Notes: a model not told the origin generated them from the sequence alone. Positions 28,391 through 37,821 are shown, counted from the stretch's first letter. The stretch is DNA of 64,000 nucleotides from Candidatus Magasanikiibacteriota bacterium (GCA_963802255.1 CAWDHY010000001.1:427842-491841); one strand, 5' to 3'. Made by a program: numbers and translations.

Positions 28391-28458
28391 ATCAATCATT
28401 GCGGTGTAGCCTTTTGAATAAAGGGCGTTGATATCGCGGCAATGATTGATATTTTTTG
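28391..28458 (+). promoter_or_regulatory. nested stem-loop RNA element (terminator/attenuator or r-protein leader candidate)
   Basis: Outer stem 'atcaatcattgcgg' (28391-28404) pairs with 'cgcggcaatgattgat' (28435-28450). Inner hairpin 'gcctttt-gaat-aaagggc' (28409-28426). Followed by 'attttttg'. It lies in the 213 nt gap between infA and rpmJ. Confidence 0.35.
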
Positions 28459-28506
28459 AACAAGAAATTTTTGCAGGCAAAATCATTTCACTCATTCATT
28501 TCGATT

Positions 28507-28620
28507 ATGAAAGTTAGAGCATCAGCCAAAAAAATTTGTCAAAAATGCAAAGTAGTGCGGCGCAAGGGCCGGGTGTATGTTATTTGCAGCAACCCGAAAC
28601 ATAAACAGCGCCAAGGTTAA
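28507..28620 (+). CDS. rpmJ: 50S ribosomal protein L36
   Basis: 37 aa '[37 protein letters not shown]' has the canonical L36 zinc-ribbon. It is too short for the supplied ORF track. Confidence 0.85.
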   Translation: MKVRASAKKICQKCKVVRRKGRVYVICSNPKHKQRQG

Positions 28621-28636
28621 TTTATTTCAGTAATTC

Positions 28637-29029
28637 GTGTTTATGCGTATTGCAGGCATTATTATTCCAAAGGAAAAACGTATTGTGGTGTCATTGCCAT
28701 ATATTTTTGGTATTGGCCCGGCGCTTTCTAAAAAGATTTTAACAAAAGCGAAAATCAGTGAAGATACGCGAACCAAAGACTTGACAGAAGCGGAGCAAGA
28801 TAGGCTTAGAGCTATTGTTGAAAAAGAATTTATCACAGAAGGCGATTTGCGCCGAGACGTCGGAGCCAACATCAAACGCTTAAAAGATATAAAGTGTTTC
28901 CGGGGCATTCGTCATATGAAACATTTGCCTTGTCGTGGACAAAGAACAAAGACCAATTCGCGAACGGTTCGTGGCAATGTCCGCCGAACAATGGGTTCGG
29001 GCAGAAAGCCGTCAGGCATTAAGACATAA
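28637..29029 (+). CDS. rpsM: 30S ribosomal protein S13
   Basis: 'MRIAGIIIPKEKRIVVSLPYIFGIGPALSKKIL...' is canonical S13. The start may be ATG 28643. Confidence 0.9.
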   Translation: MFMRIAGIIIPKEKRIVVSLPYIFGIGPALSKKILTKAKISEDTRTKDLTEAEQDRLRAIVEKEFITEGDLRRDVGANIKRLKDIKCFRGIRHMKHLPCRGQRTKTNSRTVRGNVRRTMGSGRKPSGIKT

Positions 29030-29050
29030 AGGGCCTAAAAATTTTGATAT

Positions 29051-29452
29051 ATGACAACAGAAAAATTAAAAACCGTAAAAACTAAAAAGAAGAAAGTGGT
29101 TAAGCTCGTGCCGAGAGGCAATGCTTACATTTTGGCTTCTTATAACAATACTATTATCACGATTACAGATCCGAACGGCAATACTCTTGGCTGGGCGTCG
29201 TCCGGTATGGCAGGTTTTAAGGGCCCAAAGAAAGCTACGCCTTATGCGGCCACGATGGTCGTTAAATCGCTTATGGAAAAAGTGGCTGATTACGGAGTAA
29301 AAGAAGTGAATGTTTTTATTAAAGGTATTGGTGCCGGTCGTGAAGGAGCGATACGCGCTCTCCATACAAACGGTTTAAATGTTCTGTCAATAAATGACGT
29401 GACACCTATTCCGCACAACGGATGCCGGCCGCCTAAGAGACGCCGGGTTTAA
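29051..29452 (+). CDS. rpsK: 30S ribosomal protein S11
   Basis: '[36 protein letters not shown]' is the S11 core. Confidence 0.9.
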   Translation: MTTEKLKTVKTKKKKVVKLVPRGNAYILASYNNTIITITDPNGNTLGWASSGMAGFKGPKKATPYAATMVVKSLMEKVADYGVKEVNVFIKGIGAGREGAIRALHTNGLNVLSINDVTPIPHNGCRPPKRRRV

Positions 29453-29463
29453 AATAAAATAAT

Positions 29464-30090
29464 ATGTCTATAAAGGTAAATTCAAAATGCGCAAAATGCC
29501 GCAGAGCCGGAGAGAAGCTTATGCTTAAGGGCGAAAAATGTATGGGGCCAAAATGCCCTTTCGGCAAACGCAGTTATGCGCCGGGTGTTCATGGTCCTGA
29601 CAGCAGAAGGTCAAAAATTTCCGGTTATGGTAAACAATTGAAAGAAAAACAAAAAGTTAAAAGAATTTACGGTCTTTTAGAGCGTCAATTTTCAAATTAT
29701 GTGGCAGAAGCCGAGGGTAAGGTGGGCGATACCAGCAAATGGCTGACCCAATATCTTGAATCGCGTCTTGACAACGTGGTTTATCGGGGCGGATTAGCCA
29801 AATCCAGATTGGGCGCCCGTCAATTGGTTTCTCACGGTCTTATTGCCGTAAATGGCGGTAAAGTTGATGTGCCATCGTTTAGAGTGAAGCCAGGCATGGT
29901 GGTGGCCATTAAGGAGGGGGCGAAAAAGAAGAAAGGAATGGAGAATATCGGCGAGCGTTTGACTAAAGCCGAATTTCCGTCTTGGATCAGCGTGGATGCA
30001 ACAGCATTGAGCGTCAAAGTTCTAAACCTCCCAACTTTAGAAAATCCGAATTTCAACGCTCAATCAATAATTGAATTCTATTCACGCTAA
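29464..30090 (+). CDS. rpsD: 30S ribosomal protein S4
   Basis: 208 aa. N-terminal zinc-binding 'CAKCRRAGEKLMLKGEKCMGPKCP' and the S4 domain 'RLDNVVYRGGLAKSRLGARQLVSHG'. Confidence 0.9.
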   Translation: MSIKVNSKCAKCRRAGEKLMLKGEKCMGPKCPFGKRSYAPGVHGPDSRRSKISGYGKQLKEKQKVKRIYGLLERQFSNYVAEAEGKVGDTSKWLTQYLESRLDNVVYRGGLAKSRLGARQLVSHGLIAVNGGKVDVPSFRVKPGMVVAIKEGAKKKKGMENIGERLTKAEFPSWISVDATALSVKVLNLPTLENPNFNAQSIIEFYSR

Positions 30091-30132
30091 TAATTAAAAA
30101 CATTTTAATTATTTCTTACACTCAAATCCAAT

Positions 30133-30933
30133 ATGGAAAATTTGCTTCTGCCATCAAAAATTGAGTTTATTGCCGGTGAAACGCCTAATCACGCGACTTT
30201 CGTGGTTATGCCATGTTACCATGGTTATGGCACAACCATCGGAAATGCTTTGCGCCGGGTGCTTTTGTCATCATTGCCGGGAGCGGCCGTAGAGGCGTTT
30301 AAAATTCGCGGCGTACAGCATGAATTTACCACTGTTGATGGGGTGAAAGAAGATGTTGTGGAAATCATGCTGAACCTTAAACAATTGATTGTAAAAGTGT
30401 ATAGTGATGAACCTGTTACGCTGACACTGACAAAAAAAGGACCAGGCGTCGTTACGGCCAAGGATTTTGAAAAAAATTCCAATGTGGAAATATTTAATAA
30501 AGACATTGCTATTTGCAATTTGACCAGTGCCAAACCTTTTGAAATGGACGTGATTGTCGGTCGGGGACGAGGATTTAAAACCACAGAAGAGAAGGACCGT
30601 GGAAATTATGACCTGGGGACCATTGTCGTTGACTCTATTTATAGCCCGATAAAAGACGTTGGCTATCATGTGGAATATACCCGCGTGGGAGATATTACCA
30701 ACTATGAAAAGCTGACCTTAGCAATTGAAACGAATGGAACAATGTCGCCAAAGGATGCTATTTTTCAATCAACGGAAATTTTAATGAATCATTTTTCAAT
30801 AATTTTGGATGAGTCAAAAAATAGTCCGGCTGAAGAAATAAATAAACCGGCGGAAGAAGAGTCCGTTGCCGGTGAAGAGGGGGGAGAGGAAAAAAAGCCG
30901 AAAAAGAAAGCGGCTAAAAAGAAAATCAAGTAA
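30133..30933 (+). CDS. rpoA: DNA-directed RNA polymerase alpha subunit (N-terminal domain only, charged tail instead of the C-terminal domain)
   Basis: 266 aa. The alpha N-terminal domain ('GNALRRVLLSSLPGAAV', 'DVVEIMLNLKQL') ends near residue 225. It is followed by 'EEINKPAEEESVAGEEGGEEKKPKKKAAKKKIK' and has no helix-hairpin-helix C-terminal domain. Confidence 0.85.
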   Translation: MENLLLPSKIEFIAGETPNHATFVVMPCYHGYGTTIGNALRRVLLSSLPGAAVEAFKIRGVQHEFTTVDGVKEDVVEIMLNLKQLIVKVYSDEPVTLTLTKKGPGVVTAKDFEKNSNVEIFNKDIAICNLTSAKPFEMDVIVGRGRGFKTTEEKDRGNYDLGTIVVDSIYSPIKDVGYHVEYTRVGDITNYEKLTLAIETNGTMSPKDAIFQSTEILMNHFSIILDESKNSPAEEINKPAEEESVAGEEGGEEKKPKKKAAKKKIK

Positions 30934-30941
30934 ATATTTTT

Positions 30942-31298
30942 ATGAGACATCAAAAGAAGAAAATTACTCTTGATCGGAAGAGCGCGTCACGCAACGCCCT
31001 GCTTGCTAATTTGGCGGAAAGCCTGATTCTACATGAGAAAATCATGACGACAAAAGCAAAAGCCAAGGCATTGAAATCTTTTGTTGAAAAACTCGTTACG
31101 ATTGCTAAAAAAAATAATTTGTCAGCTCGCCGGGCATTAATTAAAGAGCTGTACACTAATAATTCCGTAAAAAAACTTATGGATGTTTTCGGCCCGCGAT
31201 ATGCGGAAAAAAAAGGCGGCTATACTCGTTTAATTTTAGTGTCAGATACCAGAGTGGGTGATGGCGCTGAAAAAGCGATTCTTGAATTCGTTAAGTAA
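30942..31298 (+). CDS. rplQ: 50S ribosomal protein L17
   Basis: 'MRHQKKKITLDRKSASRNALLANLAESLILHEKIMTTKAKAK' is canonical L17. Confidence 0.9.
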   Translation: MRHQKKKITLDRKSASRNALLANLAESLILHEKIMTTKAKAKALKSFVEKLVTIAKKNNLSARRALIKELYTNNSVKKLMDVFGPRYAEKKGGYTRLILVSDTRVGDGAEKAILEFVK

Positions 31299-31300
31299 TA

Positions 31301-31666
31301 TTGAGTGGTATGTCAAAATCAAAGAGACAAAAAATTGAGATAGATGCTGCCGGGAAAGCGCCGGGACGGCTGGCTACGAAAATAGCCATGATTTTAATGG
31401 GAAAAAATAAAGTTGGGTATAAAACCCATATTGATTCCGGTGATAAGGTGGTAATTATCAATGTTGATCAGATGTATTTTACCGGTAAAAAGTTGGATGA
31501 TAAGGTTTATCGCCATCATTCAATGCATCCGGGCGGACTTAAAGAAAAACCCGCTAAAATGCTTTTTAAGGAGAGCCCAAACGAGGTTTTGCGCCACGCT
31601 GTGGCGAGAATGCTGCCAAAGAATAAATTGCGCACAGCACGCATGTTACGTTTGACCTTTAAGTAA
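31301..31666 (+). CDS. rplM: 50S ribosomal protein L13
   Basis: 'AAGKAPGRLATKIAMILMGKNK...KLRTARMLRLTFK' is L13. Confidence 0.9.
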   Translation: MSGMSKSKRQKIEIDAAGKAPGRLATKIAMILMGKNKVGYKTHIDSGDKVVIINVDQMYFTGKKLDDKVYRHHSMHPGGLKEKPAKMLFKESPNEVLRHAVARMLPKNKLRTARMLRLTFK

Positions 31667-32173
31667 TTGATTATGCCAAAAACCGCAACTACAAAGACAA
31701 AAGCCGTTAAATCGCCGGCAGTAAAACCGGCGGTAAAGAAGGCAGTAGAAAAAGTACCCGTTCGCGAGACGGTCGTCGTTAAGGATGGAACCACTACCCG
31801 TTCTGTTGGACGGCGTAAATGTGCTTCAGCCCGTGTTCGCATTAGCCGTGGTAATGGTGAAATAGTGATCAATGGCACTGAATTTAAAAAATATTTTCCG
31901 CATTTTGCCCAGCAAGAAGCAGTGCTGGCGCCGCTTGTGGCGGTGGGAAAAGAGAAAGATTTGAATGTTAGCGTTAAAGTGGCCGGTGGAGGAAAAAAAG
32001 GGCAAGCTGACGCTGTAAAGCATGGTGTTGCCCGCGCCCTTCTTCTTTGGAATGAAGAATTCAAAAAAACTTTAAGAACTCTCGGGATGCTAACCAGGGA
32101 TGCCAGAGTTAAAGAACGAAAGAAATTCGGTTTAAAGAAGGCCCGCAGAGCACCGCAGTGGAGCAAGCGCTAA
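31667..32173 (+). CDS. rpsI: 30S ribosomal protein S9 with a Lys/Ala/Pro/Val-rich N-terminal extension
   Basis: S9 core 'VGRRKCASARVRISRGNG...GGGKKGQADAVKHGVARAL...KKARRAPQWSKR', preceded by an extension of about 45 aa ('PKTATTKTKAVKSPAVKPAVKKAVEKVP'). Confidence 0.85.
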   Translation: MIMPKTATTKTKAVKSPAVKPAVKKAVEKVPVRETVVVKDGTTTRSVGRRKCASARVRISRGNGEIVINGTEFKKYFPHFAQQEAVLAPLVAVGKEKDLNVSVKVAGGGKKGQADAVKHGVARALLLWNEEFKKTLRTLGMLTRDARVKERKKFGLKKARRAPQWSKR

Positions 32174-32186
32174 CAAATTACAATAT

Positions 32187-32216
32187 GAGACCCGCCTTGA
32201 TAGGGCGGGTCTTTTA
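32187..32216 (+). terminator. rho-independent terminator after the r-protein block
   Basis: 'gagacccgcc-ttgatag-ggcgggtctttt'. Confidence 0.6.
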
Positions 32217-32248
32217 ATGATACAATAGCGCTATTATACGCAATAATT

Positions 32249-33712
32249 ATGGTTTATTCCGTAGCAAAAAATACATCATTTCTCACGACGGCATCTGTAC
32301 TGCAAAAGATTATTTCTTTTGTTTATTTTACCGTCATAGCCCGTTTAATCGGTGTTGAAAATACCGGTGTATATTTTTTCGCCTTAACTTTCACCAGCAT
32401 TTTTGCTGTGGTAGCAGATTTCGGTTTTTCTTCGGTTTTAACGCGCGAGATGTCAAAAAAACCGGAGGATGCCCAGAAATTATTTTCGACCGCTCTTGGG
32501 GCGAAAATATTAATTGGAGCCGCAGCTTATTTATTGATTGTTATAATTTCCAACATTCTTGGCTATCCAGAGCAAACACGCCACTTGATATATCTTGCCG
32601 GCGCGACAATGTGGTTTGACAATCTTCATTCGCTTTTTTATGCCGTATTCCGGGCAAAAAGGAACTTAAAATATGAGTCGTTTGGCATTGTTGCCTCGCA
32701 GTTTGTTACCATGCTGATCGGGTCAGCTGCACTTTATTTGCATTGGCCGCTAATATGGCTTATCGTTGCTTATACGGTTCCCAGTATTTTGAATGTATTC
32801 TATTCCGCCTACTTTGCCGTACGGAAATGCGCAATAAAACTTGTTTTGATTATCAGCAGAAATTCGTGGAGGGAATTTTTGATAATGGCATGGCCGTTTG
32901 CTCTTGCAGGTATAATCGGCCGGCTATACGCGTATAGTGACTCCCTGATCATGTCAAAAATGCTGTCCAGTAAAGAGCTCGGCTGGTGGAGCGTGCCATA
33001 TAAGATCACATTCGCTTTTCAATTTATTCCACTAGCTTTATCGGCAAGCGTTTATCCGGTTTTTAGTTCTTTGTTTATATCGGATAAATCGTCTTTGGCG
33101 CGCTTGTTCGAGAAATCCTGGAGATATTTATTTACGATCGTCCTTCCTCTTGCCGCCGGCATTTTTGCCATTGCTCCATCGTTTATCAAATCTGTTTACG
33201 GTGAAGCATATGCGCCCTCAATATTGCCATTAAGAATTTTGGTTATTGCCTTGATTTTTGGTTATTTGGCCCTGATAAGCGGGGCGTTGCTTAATTCAGT
33301 CGGTGAACAAAGAAAGCAAACATTTATAATGGCCATGGTGTTGGTCATTAATATCGTTTCCAATATAATATTGATTCCACGCTACGGCATTACCGGTGCA
33401 GCGATATCCGCTCTTATTGGAAATTTTGTCTTATGGCTTGTCGGTTATATTCTAGTGAGGAGGATAACGGAAATAAAAGGATCAATATTATTGACATATT
33501 GCCTTAAGGCTTTAGCACCTGCTTTAATAATGGGGGCAATGGTTTTTTGGTTGGTCGAGCGCGTGCATTTACTATTTGCTATTCCGATCGGTGCTGTTGT
33601 GTATATATTTTTATTATTTATTTCCGGAGGTTTAAACAAAGAAATTATTAAAGAAATACGTTTTAAATTACAAGGCAATAAAAATTATGAAAACCTTAAT
33701 AATAACGCTTGA
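32249..33712 (+). CDS. polysaccharide flippase (Wzx/PST family)
   Basis: 487 aa with about 12-14 TM helices. N-terminus 'NTSFLTTASVLQKIISFVYFTVIARLIGVENTGVYFFALTF' is typical of Wzx/MOP flippases. Confidence 0.7.
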   Translation: MVYSVAKNTSFLTTASVLQKIISFVYFTVIARLIGVENTGVYFFALTFTSIFAVVADFGFSSVLTREMSKKPEDAQKLFSTALGAKILIGAAAYLLIVIISNILGYPEQTRHLIYLAGATMWFDNLHSLFYAVFRAKRNLKYESFGIVASQFVTMLIGSAALYLHWPLIWLIVAYTVPSILNVFYSAYFAVRKCAIKLVLIISRNSWREFLIMAWPFALAGIIGRLYAYSDSLIMSKMLSSKELGWWSVPYKITFAFQFIPLALSASVYPVFSSLFISDKSSLARLFEKSWRYLFTIVLPLAAGIFAIAPSFIKSVYGEAYAPSILPLRILVIALIFGYLALISGALLNSVGEQRKQTFIMAMVLVINIVSNIILIPRYGITGAAISALIGNFVLWLVGYILVRRITEIKGSILLTYCLKALAPALIMGAMVFWLVERVHLLFAIPIGAVVYIFLLFISGGLNKEIIKEIRFKLQGNKNYENLNNNA

Positions 33713-34796
33713 ATATCCTCCGCAAATTGGCGGTATTGCTTCATATGCATATAATCTAGCTTCACACCTGCCGGCAGGTGACACGTTTGTCTATGCGCCA
33801 AAAATGAAAGATGATGTAGTTTTTGACGCGAACAATGGTTGGAAAGTTTTTAGGACAAAACCGTATTTCACTTTTTTTTGGCCGCGTTGGATAAAGATGT
33901 ATCTGCAGGTGAGAAAAATTGTTAAAAGTGAAAAAATTCAGCGTTTAATGATTCAGCATGTTTTACCGGCCGGGTATGTCGGTTTTTTAATCAGAAAGAC
34001 ATTTAAAATTCCGTATTATATTTTTTTACACGGCAGTGATTTGGAAATTGGTTTAAGAAGAAAACGGCGCAAATTATCCCTCGTTTGTAAAAATGCCGAT
34101 AAGGTAGTGGTAAGCAGTATTTTTTTGAAAAATAAATTATTATCAAAAATTGAGTATTTAAAAAATATCGTTGTTGTTTATCCCGGGCCGGCTGATAATT
34201 TTTTGGCAGACGTGGACGCAGATTTGATAATGAGAATGAGATCGCAATTAGCCCTTGAAGGGAAGAAGGTTATTATTACGGTCGGACGTCTGGCTGACGG
34301 CAAGGGCTTTCCTCATCTTATCCGGTTACTGCCGAAGATTTTGGAGAGAGTTCCCAATGTGGCGTGGCTCGTTATCGGAGACGGTCCAAAAAAGGATCAG
34401 ATTATTGATTTGGTGCAAAAAAATAACTTACAGAATGTGGTCAGATTTCTAGGCCAGATGAGCAATAATTCTTTACCGCTTTATTATCACCTTGCCGACA
34501 TTTTTGTCTTGTTAACCCATAAAGATGAAGCTGTAGAGGAGGGGTGGGGAACGGTATTTATGGAAGCAGCCGCCTGTGGCCTACCCATTGTCGCGGGCAG
34601 TGTTGGTGGCGTGGAAGAAGCGGTTGAGAACTTGGTTACAGGCCTTTTGGTTGATACACATCAGGAAGCTCAGGTAATTTCCGCGGTGACTGAATTATTG
34701 GGAAAAAAGGATTATGCCGGACAGATGGGGGCTGCCGGAAGAGAACGTGTTTTGCAAAATTTTACCTGGGATAAACAAATTGGAAAAATTGCATAA
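33687..34796 (+). CDS. GT4 (group 1) glycosyltransferase
   Basis: 369 aa. 'MKTLIITLEYPPQIGGIASYAYNLASHL' and C-terminal 'EGWGTVFMEAAACGLPIVAGSVGGVEEAV'. Confidence 0.7.
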   Translation: MKTLIITLEYPPQIGGIASYAYNLASHLPAGDTFVYAPKMKDDVVFDANNGWKVFRTKPYFTFFWPRWIKMYLQVRKIVKSEKIQRLMIQHVLPAGYVGFLIRKTFKIPYYIFLHGSDLEIGLRRKRRKLSLVCKNADKVVVSSIFLKNKLLSKIEYLKNIVVVYPGPADNFLADVDADLIMRMRSQLALEGKKVIITVGRLADGKGFPHLIRLLPKILERVPNVAWLVIGDGPKKDQIIDLVQKNNLQNVVRFLGQMSNNSLPLYYHLADIFVLLTHKDEAVEEGWGTVFMEAAACGLPIVAGSVGGVEEAVENLVTGLLVDTHQEAQVISAVTELLGKKDYAGQMGAAGRERVLQNFTWDKQIGKIA

Positions 34797-35530
34797 TGAA
34801 TAATATGAACAAATTAATAAGCGTCATAATACCGGTATATAATCACGCAAAAACGTTGAAAACGGCTATGGAATCGGTTCATAGTCAATCGTACCGCCCG
34901 ATGGAGGTAATAATTGTAAATGACGGCAGTACTGATAATTTTAGGGAGGCGGCGGATACTGTTATGAAAGATGAAAAATACAAGGAATTTGGCATTGTTA
35001 TAATAAATCAGGAGAATCGTGGTGCTCCTGCCGCAAGAAATCGCGGTTTCAGCGCGTCAAAAGGTGAATATGTAATCTTTTTTGACGCAGATACTATCGC
35101 GAGCAGTGACATGATGAGTAAAATGAAAACAGCATTGGAAAACCATCCGGATGCCTCCTATGCATATAGTGGTTACCGGTTTGGATGGAAAGCGATGAAA
35201 CCGGTTGTTTTTGATATGAAAATGTTAAAAAGAAACAATTTTATAGATGTCACAGCGCTAATAAGAAGAAACGATTTTCCGGGTTTCGATGAAGCAATAA
35301 AAAAATTTCAGGATTGGGATTTGTGGCTAACCATGCTTGAAAAAAATAAAACCGGCGTATGCGTGCCGGAAATATTGTATAAAAAAATTGTCGGTGGCCG
35401 TATTGGTATCAGCCGTTGGCTGCCGAAGTTTGCTTATCGGCTTCCTTGGACGATGAAAGAGGTACGGCGTTTTCACGAAGCTCGTTTAATCGTAATGAAG
35501 AAACATGGGTTAACGCCAGAAGAACTGTGA
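34796..35530 (+). CDS. GT2 glycosyltransferase
   Basis: 244 aa. 'ISVIIPVYNHAKTLKTAMESVHSQSYRPMEVIIVNDGSTDN' and the DxD 'FFDADT'. Confidence 0.7.
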   Translation: MNNMNKLISVIIPVYNHAKTLKTAMESVHSQSYRPMEVIIVNDGSTDNFREAADTVMKDEKYKEFGIVIINQENRGAPAARNRGFSASKGEYVIFFDADTIASSDMMSKMKTALENHPDASYAYSGYRFGWKAMKPVVFDMKMLKRNNFIDVTALIRRNDFPGFDEAIKKFQDWDLWLTMLEKNKTGVCVPEILYKKIVGGRIGISRWLPKFAYRLPWTMKEVRRFHEARLIVMKKHGLTPEEL

Positions 35531-36911
35531 GGGTTGTTATCCCCAGCACGTGGAAAAGAGCGGGGGAGGTGATATTAATCACTAGTAAAGACAGAAGAAT
35601 TGATTTATACAGGGGGCGAAATTCGTCCCTATTTTTTTTGCCGAAGCGCCAGATGTAGGCGATTATTAAAAGCCACAATATTCCTCCGATAAGACCGGTT
35701 TCATCTAAAATTTCCAGGTATCCCCAGTCAAAATGCGGAGTTGTAATAGTTGAACCCGAAAAAAGAAAATTTTGTACTGTGACCGTATCGCCCAAACCGT
35801 GACCGACAAAAGGGGCAAGATGTATCTTATATAATATTTGCGGGAGAAGAACCATCCTGGATAATGAGCTTAATTCCGTTTGTGGCATCGCTATACTTGA
35901 AATACGAAATCCAAAATACGACCACCCGGGATCTTGACCATTGCTTGCAATTAAGAAAAATCCCGTATAAAAGATAAAAATGCATGACAACAGGATAACG
36001 GAATTAAGCAGCCATTGCTTAATGTGCCGTCGCAAAAATAAGGCGATCAGACCGGCGATTAGCGCGAGAAAATATATACGGGTTAAGTTCAAAGATAGCA
36101 ATAACGCGCCGGCCAAAATACATAAATCATTTATGCGTTTCGGATTAATTAAATTTCGGAATATAAAAAATAGAATAATCGGTACCAGTACCAAATGTTC
36201 ATTTAACACAAGCCGAATAAAATTATATCCTATAATAGTGATTTTTCCCTGGGCAACGTCCCTAAACCAATGGTAATAATTATCCTGCAATATAAGCGAG
36301 CCGAAGCAGAAGGAAATGAAAGTGTAAACAATAAAAATTACATTTGCGGCAAGTACCGCGGTAATCATATTGAAACAAACATTTTTAAATTTTAAATCCG
36401 CAAGCAGCCGGGTTAAAGGAAAATAGTAAAGAAAAAATAAGTAGGGGATAAAATCGGAAATGATTTGCGCAGTAGAATTACCATTTAGAGCGCCATGTGC
36501 AGCTGATATGGCGGCCCAATCGATTAATAAAAAAATTAAAATATTCGGCAGTTTGAAGCTTAATATTGATTTAAGACCCATATCCCTCCATACCGAAATA
36601 AAGAATAAGGAAAGTGATGTGATTAAGAGCGCGGTACGGAGTGATATATTGAATATGGATAAAATATTGCCGCTGCCGCAAAAAATTATTTCGCCGGCAA
36701 CCAACAGCCAGCCGCGCAAATCCTTTTTTAATATCCAGTATGAGGAGAGAGCCAAAATTGTCAGAGAAAAAATGGTATTTACCAATGAACCGTGAAGCAG
36801 GGGAGTCGGCGGACTAAAAAAATATGAAAAAATTCTTATAAAAAAATATGTCAGTAAAAATAAATAGAATTGTTTTTTTACAAACATAGATATATTAAGT
36901 AATTTTTCCAT
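35409..36911 (-). CDS. O-antigen polymerase/ligase-like membrane protein (Wzy_C family)
   Basis: 500 aa polytopic. A periplasmic loop with 'LPQILYKIHLAPFVGHGLGDTVTVQNF' resembles the Wzy_C/O-antigen ligase domain. Convergent 122 nt overlap with the GT2 gene. Confidence 0.5.
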   Translation of the reverse strand: MEKLLNISMFVKKQFYLFLLTYFFIRIFSYFFSPPTPLLHGSLVNTIFSLTILALSSYWILKKDLRGWLLVAGEIIFCGSGNILSIFNISLRTALLITSLSLFFISVWRDMGLKSILSFKLPNILIFLLIDWAAISAAHGALNGNSTAQIISDFIPYLFFLYYFPLTRLLADLKFKNVCFNMITAVLAANVIFIVYTFISFCFGSLILQDNYYHWFRDVAQGKITIIGYNFIRLVLNEHLVLVPIILFFIFRNLINPKRINDLCILAGALLLSLNLTRIYFLALIAGLIALFLRRHIKQWLLNSVILLSCIFIFYTGFFLIASNGQDPGWSYFGFRISSIAMPQTELSSLSRMVLLPQILYKIHLAPFVGHGLGDTVTVQNFLFSGSTITTPHFDWGYLEILDETGLIGGILWLLIIAYIWRFGKKNRDEFRPLYKSILLSLLVINITSPALFHVLGITTLTVLLALTHVSSLRLNELRENAVPLSSSKEADKQTSAANG

Positions 36912-37821
36912 CCTTAAAATTGCGTTCTCCCGCTAGAAACTCCTTTGCATAGAGCATTTTTTTCCCCTCCAGCTGAAGTTCGAAAATTTCTATGGCGCCT
37001 GATTCGCCGCAACTGATAAATATTCTATCATTATCAATACGCACTTGGCCTGTGCCCGGATGCTCACTCGCGGAAATTGCTATTTTTCCAAATTTTATTC
37101 TTTTGCCGTTATACAAAGCCCAGATTCCCGGCCAGGAAGCATAGGCCCGATATGTATTATATATTTCCCGCGCATTCCGGTTGAAATTTATTTTTCCATC
37201 TTCGCGGTTTATTATTTTGCAGTAGGTTGCCGATGATTCGTCCTGTGGCTTTGGTAAAATTTCACCGTTAATATATTTTATAGCATCATTCAAAAAAAGT
37301 TCTGCGCCTAAATCTGACAAACGAGCGTAGAGCGATTCAAACAGCTCATCATCGCCAATTTCAGTTTTTAATATGGCTATTACCGGTCCGTGATCCATTT
37401 TTTTATCCATTAACATTAAAGTTACCCCGGTTTCAGAATCGCCGTTCAATATTGAAGATTGGATAGGTGATGCCCCGCGATATTTTGGCAATATTGATCC
37501 ATGAATATTTACGGTATTATATTTTGGGCAACCCAGCAACCTTTCCGGAATAATTAGTCCATATTCGGCCACAACTGCCAGATCGGCATCATTGAGTTTT
37601 TGGGAATCAAATGTCTTTAACGAATCCGGCTGTAAAACCGTAATATTATTTTCCTTTGAATATTTTTTTACTTCGGATTCGGTTATTGCATGCTTTCTTC
37701 CCGCCGGCCGGTCCGGCTGAGTTATGGTCGCAAGAATATCAAATTTATCACTTTCGTAAATTTTTCTAAGAATATTTGCGGCGAATCCACCCGTGCCATA
37801 AAAAACTATTCTGGTTTTCAT
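36895..37821 (-). CDS. fmt: methionyl-tRNA formyltransferase
   Basis: 308 aa. 'RIVFYGTGGFAA', 'QPDRPAGRK', 'NIHGSILPKYRGASPIQ'. Confidence 0.85.
   Translation of the reverse strand: MKTRIVFYGTGGFAANILRKIYESDKFDILATITQPDRPAGRKHAITESEVKKYSKENNITVLQPDSLKTFDSQKLNDADLAVVAEYGLIIPERLLGCPKYNTVNIHGSILPKYRGASPIQSSILNGDSETGVTLMLMDKKMDHGPVIAILKTEIGDDELFESLYARLSDLGAELFLNDAIKYINGEILPKPQDESSATYCKIINREDGKINFNRNAREIYNTYRAYASWPGIWALYNGKRIKFGKIAISASEHPGTGQVRIDNDRIFISCGESGAIEIFELQLEGKKMLYAKEFLAGERNFKDGKIT

Noticed and set aside
28126-28395. 89-aa minus-strand ORF overlapping infA and the downstream spacer
   Set aside because: It overlaps canonical IF-1 on the opposite strand. The spacer is better explained as a structured RNA or terminator.
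31516-32166. 216-aa antisense ORF across rplM and rpsI
   Set aside because: It overlaps two canonical ribosomal protein genes. Its translation is an Ala/Ser/Thr/Phe-rich artefact of the GC-rich Lys/Ala-coding S9 extension.
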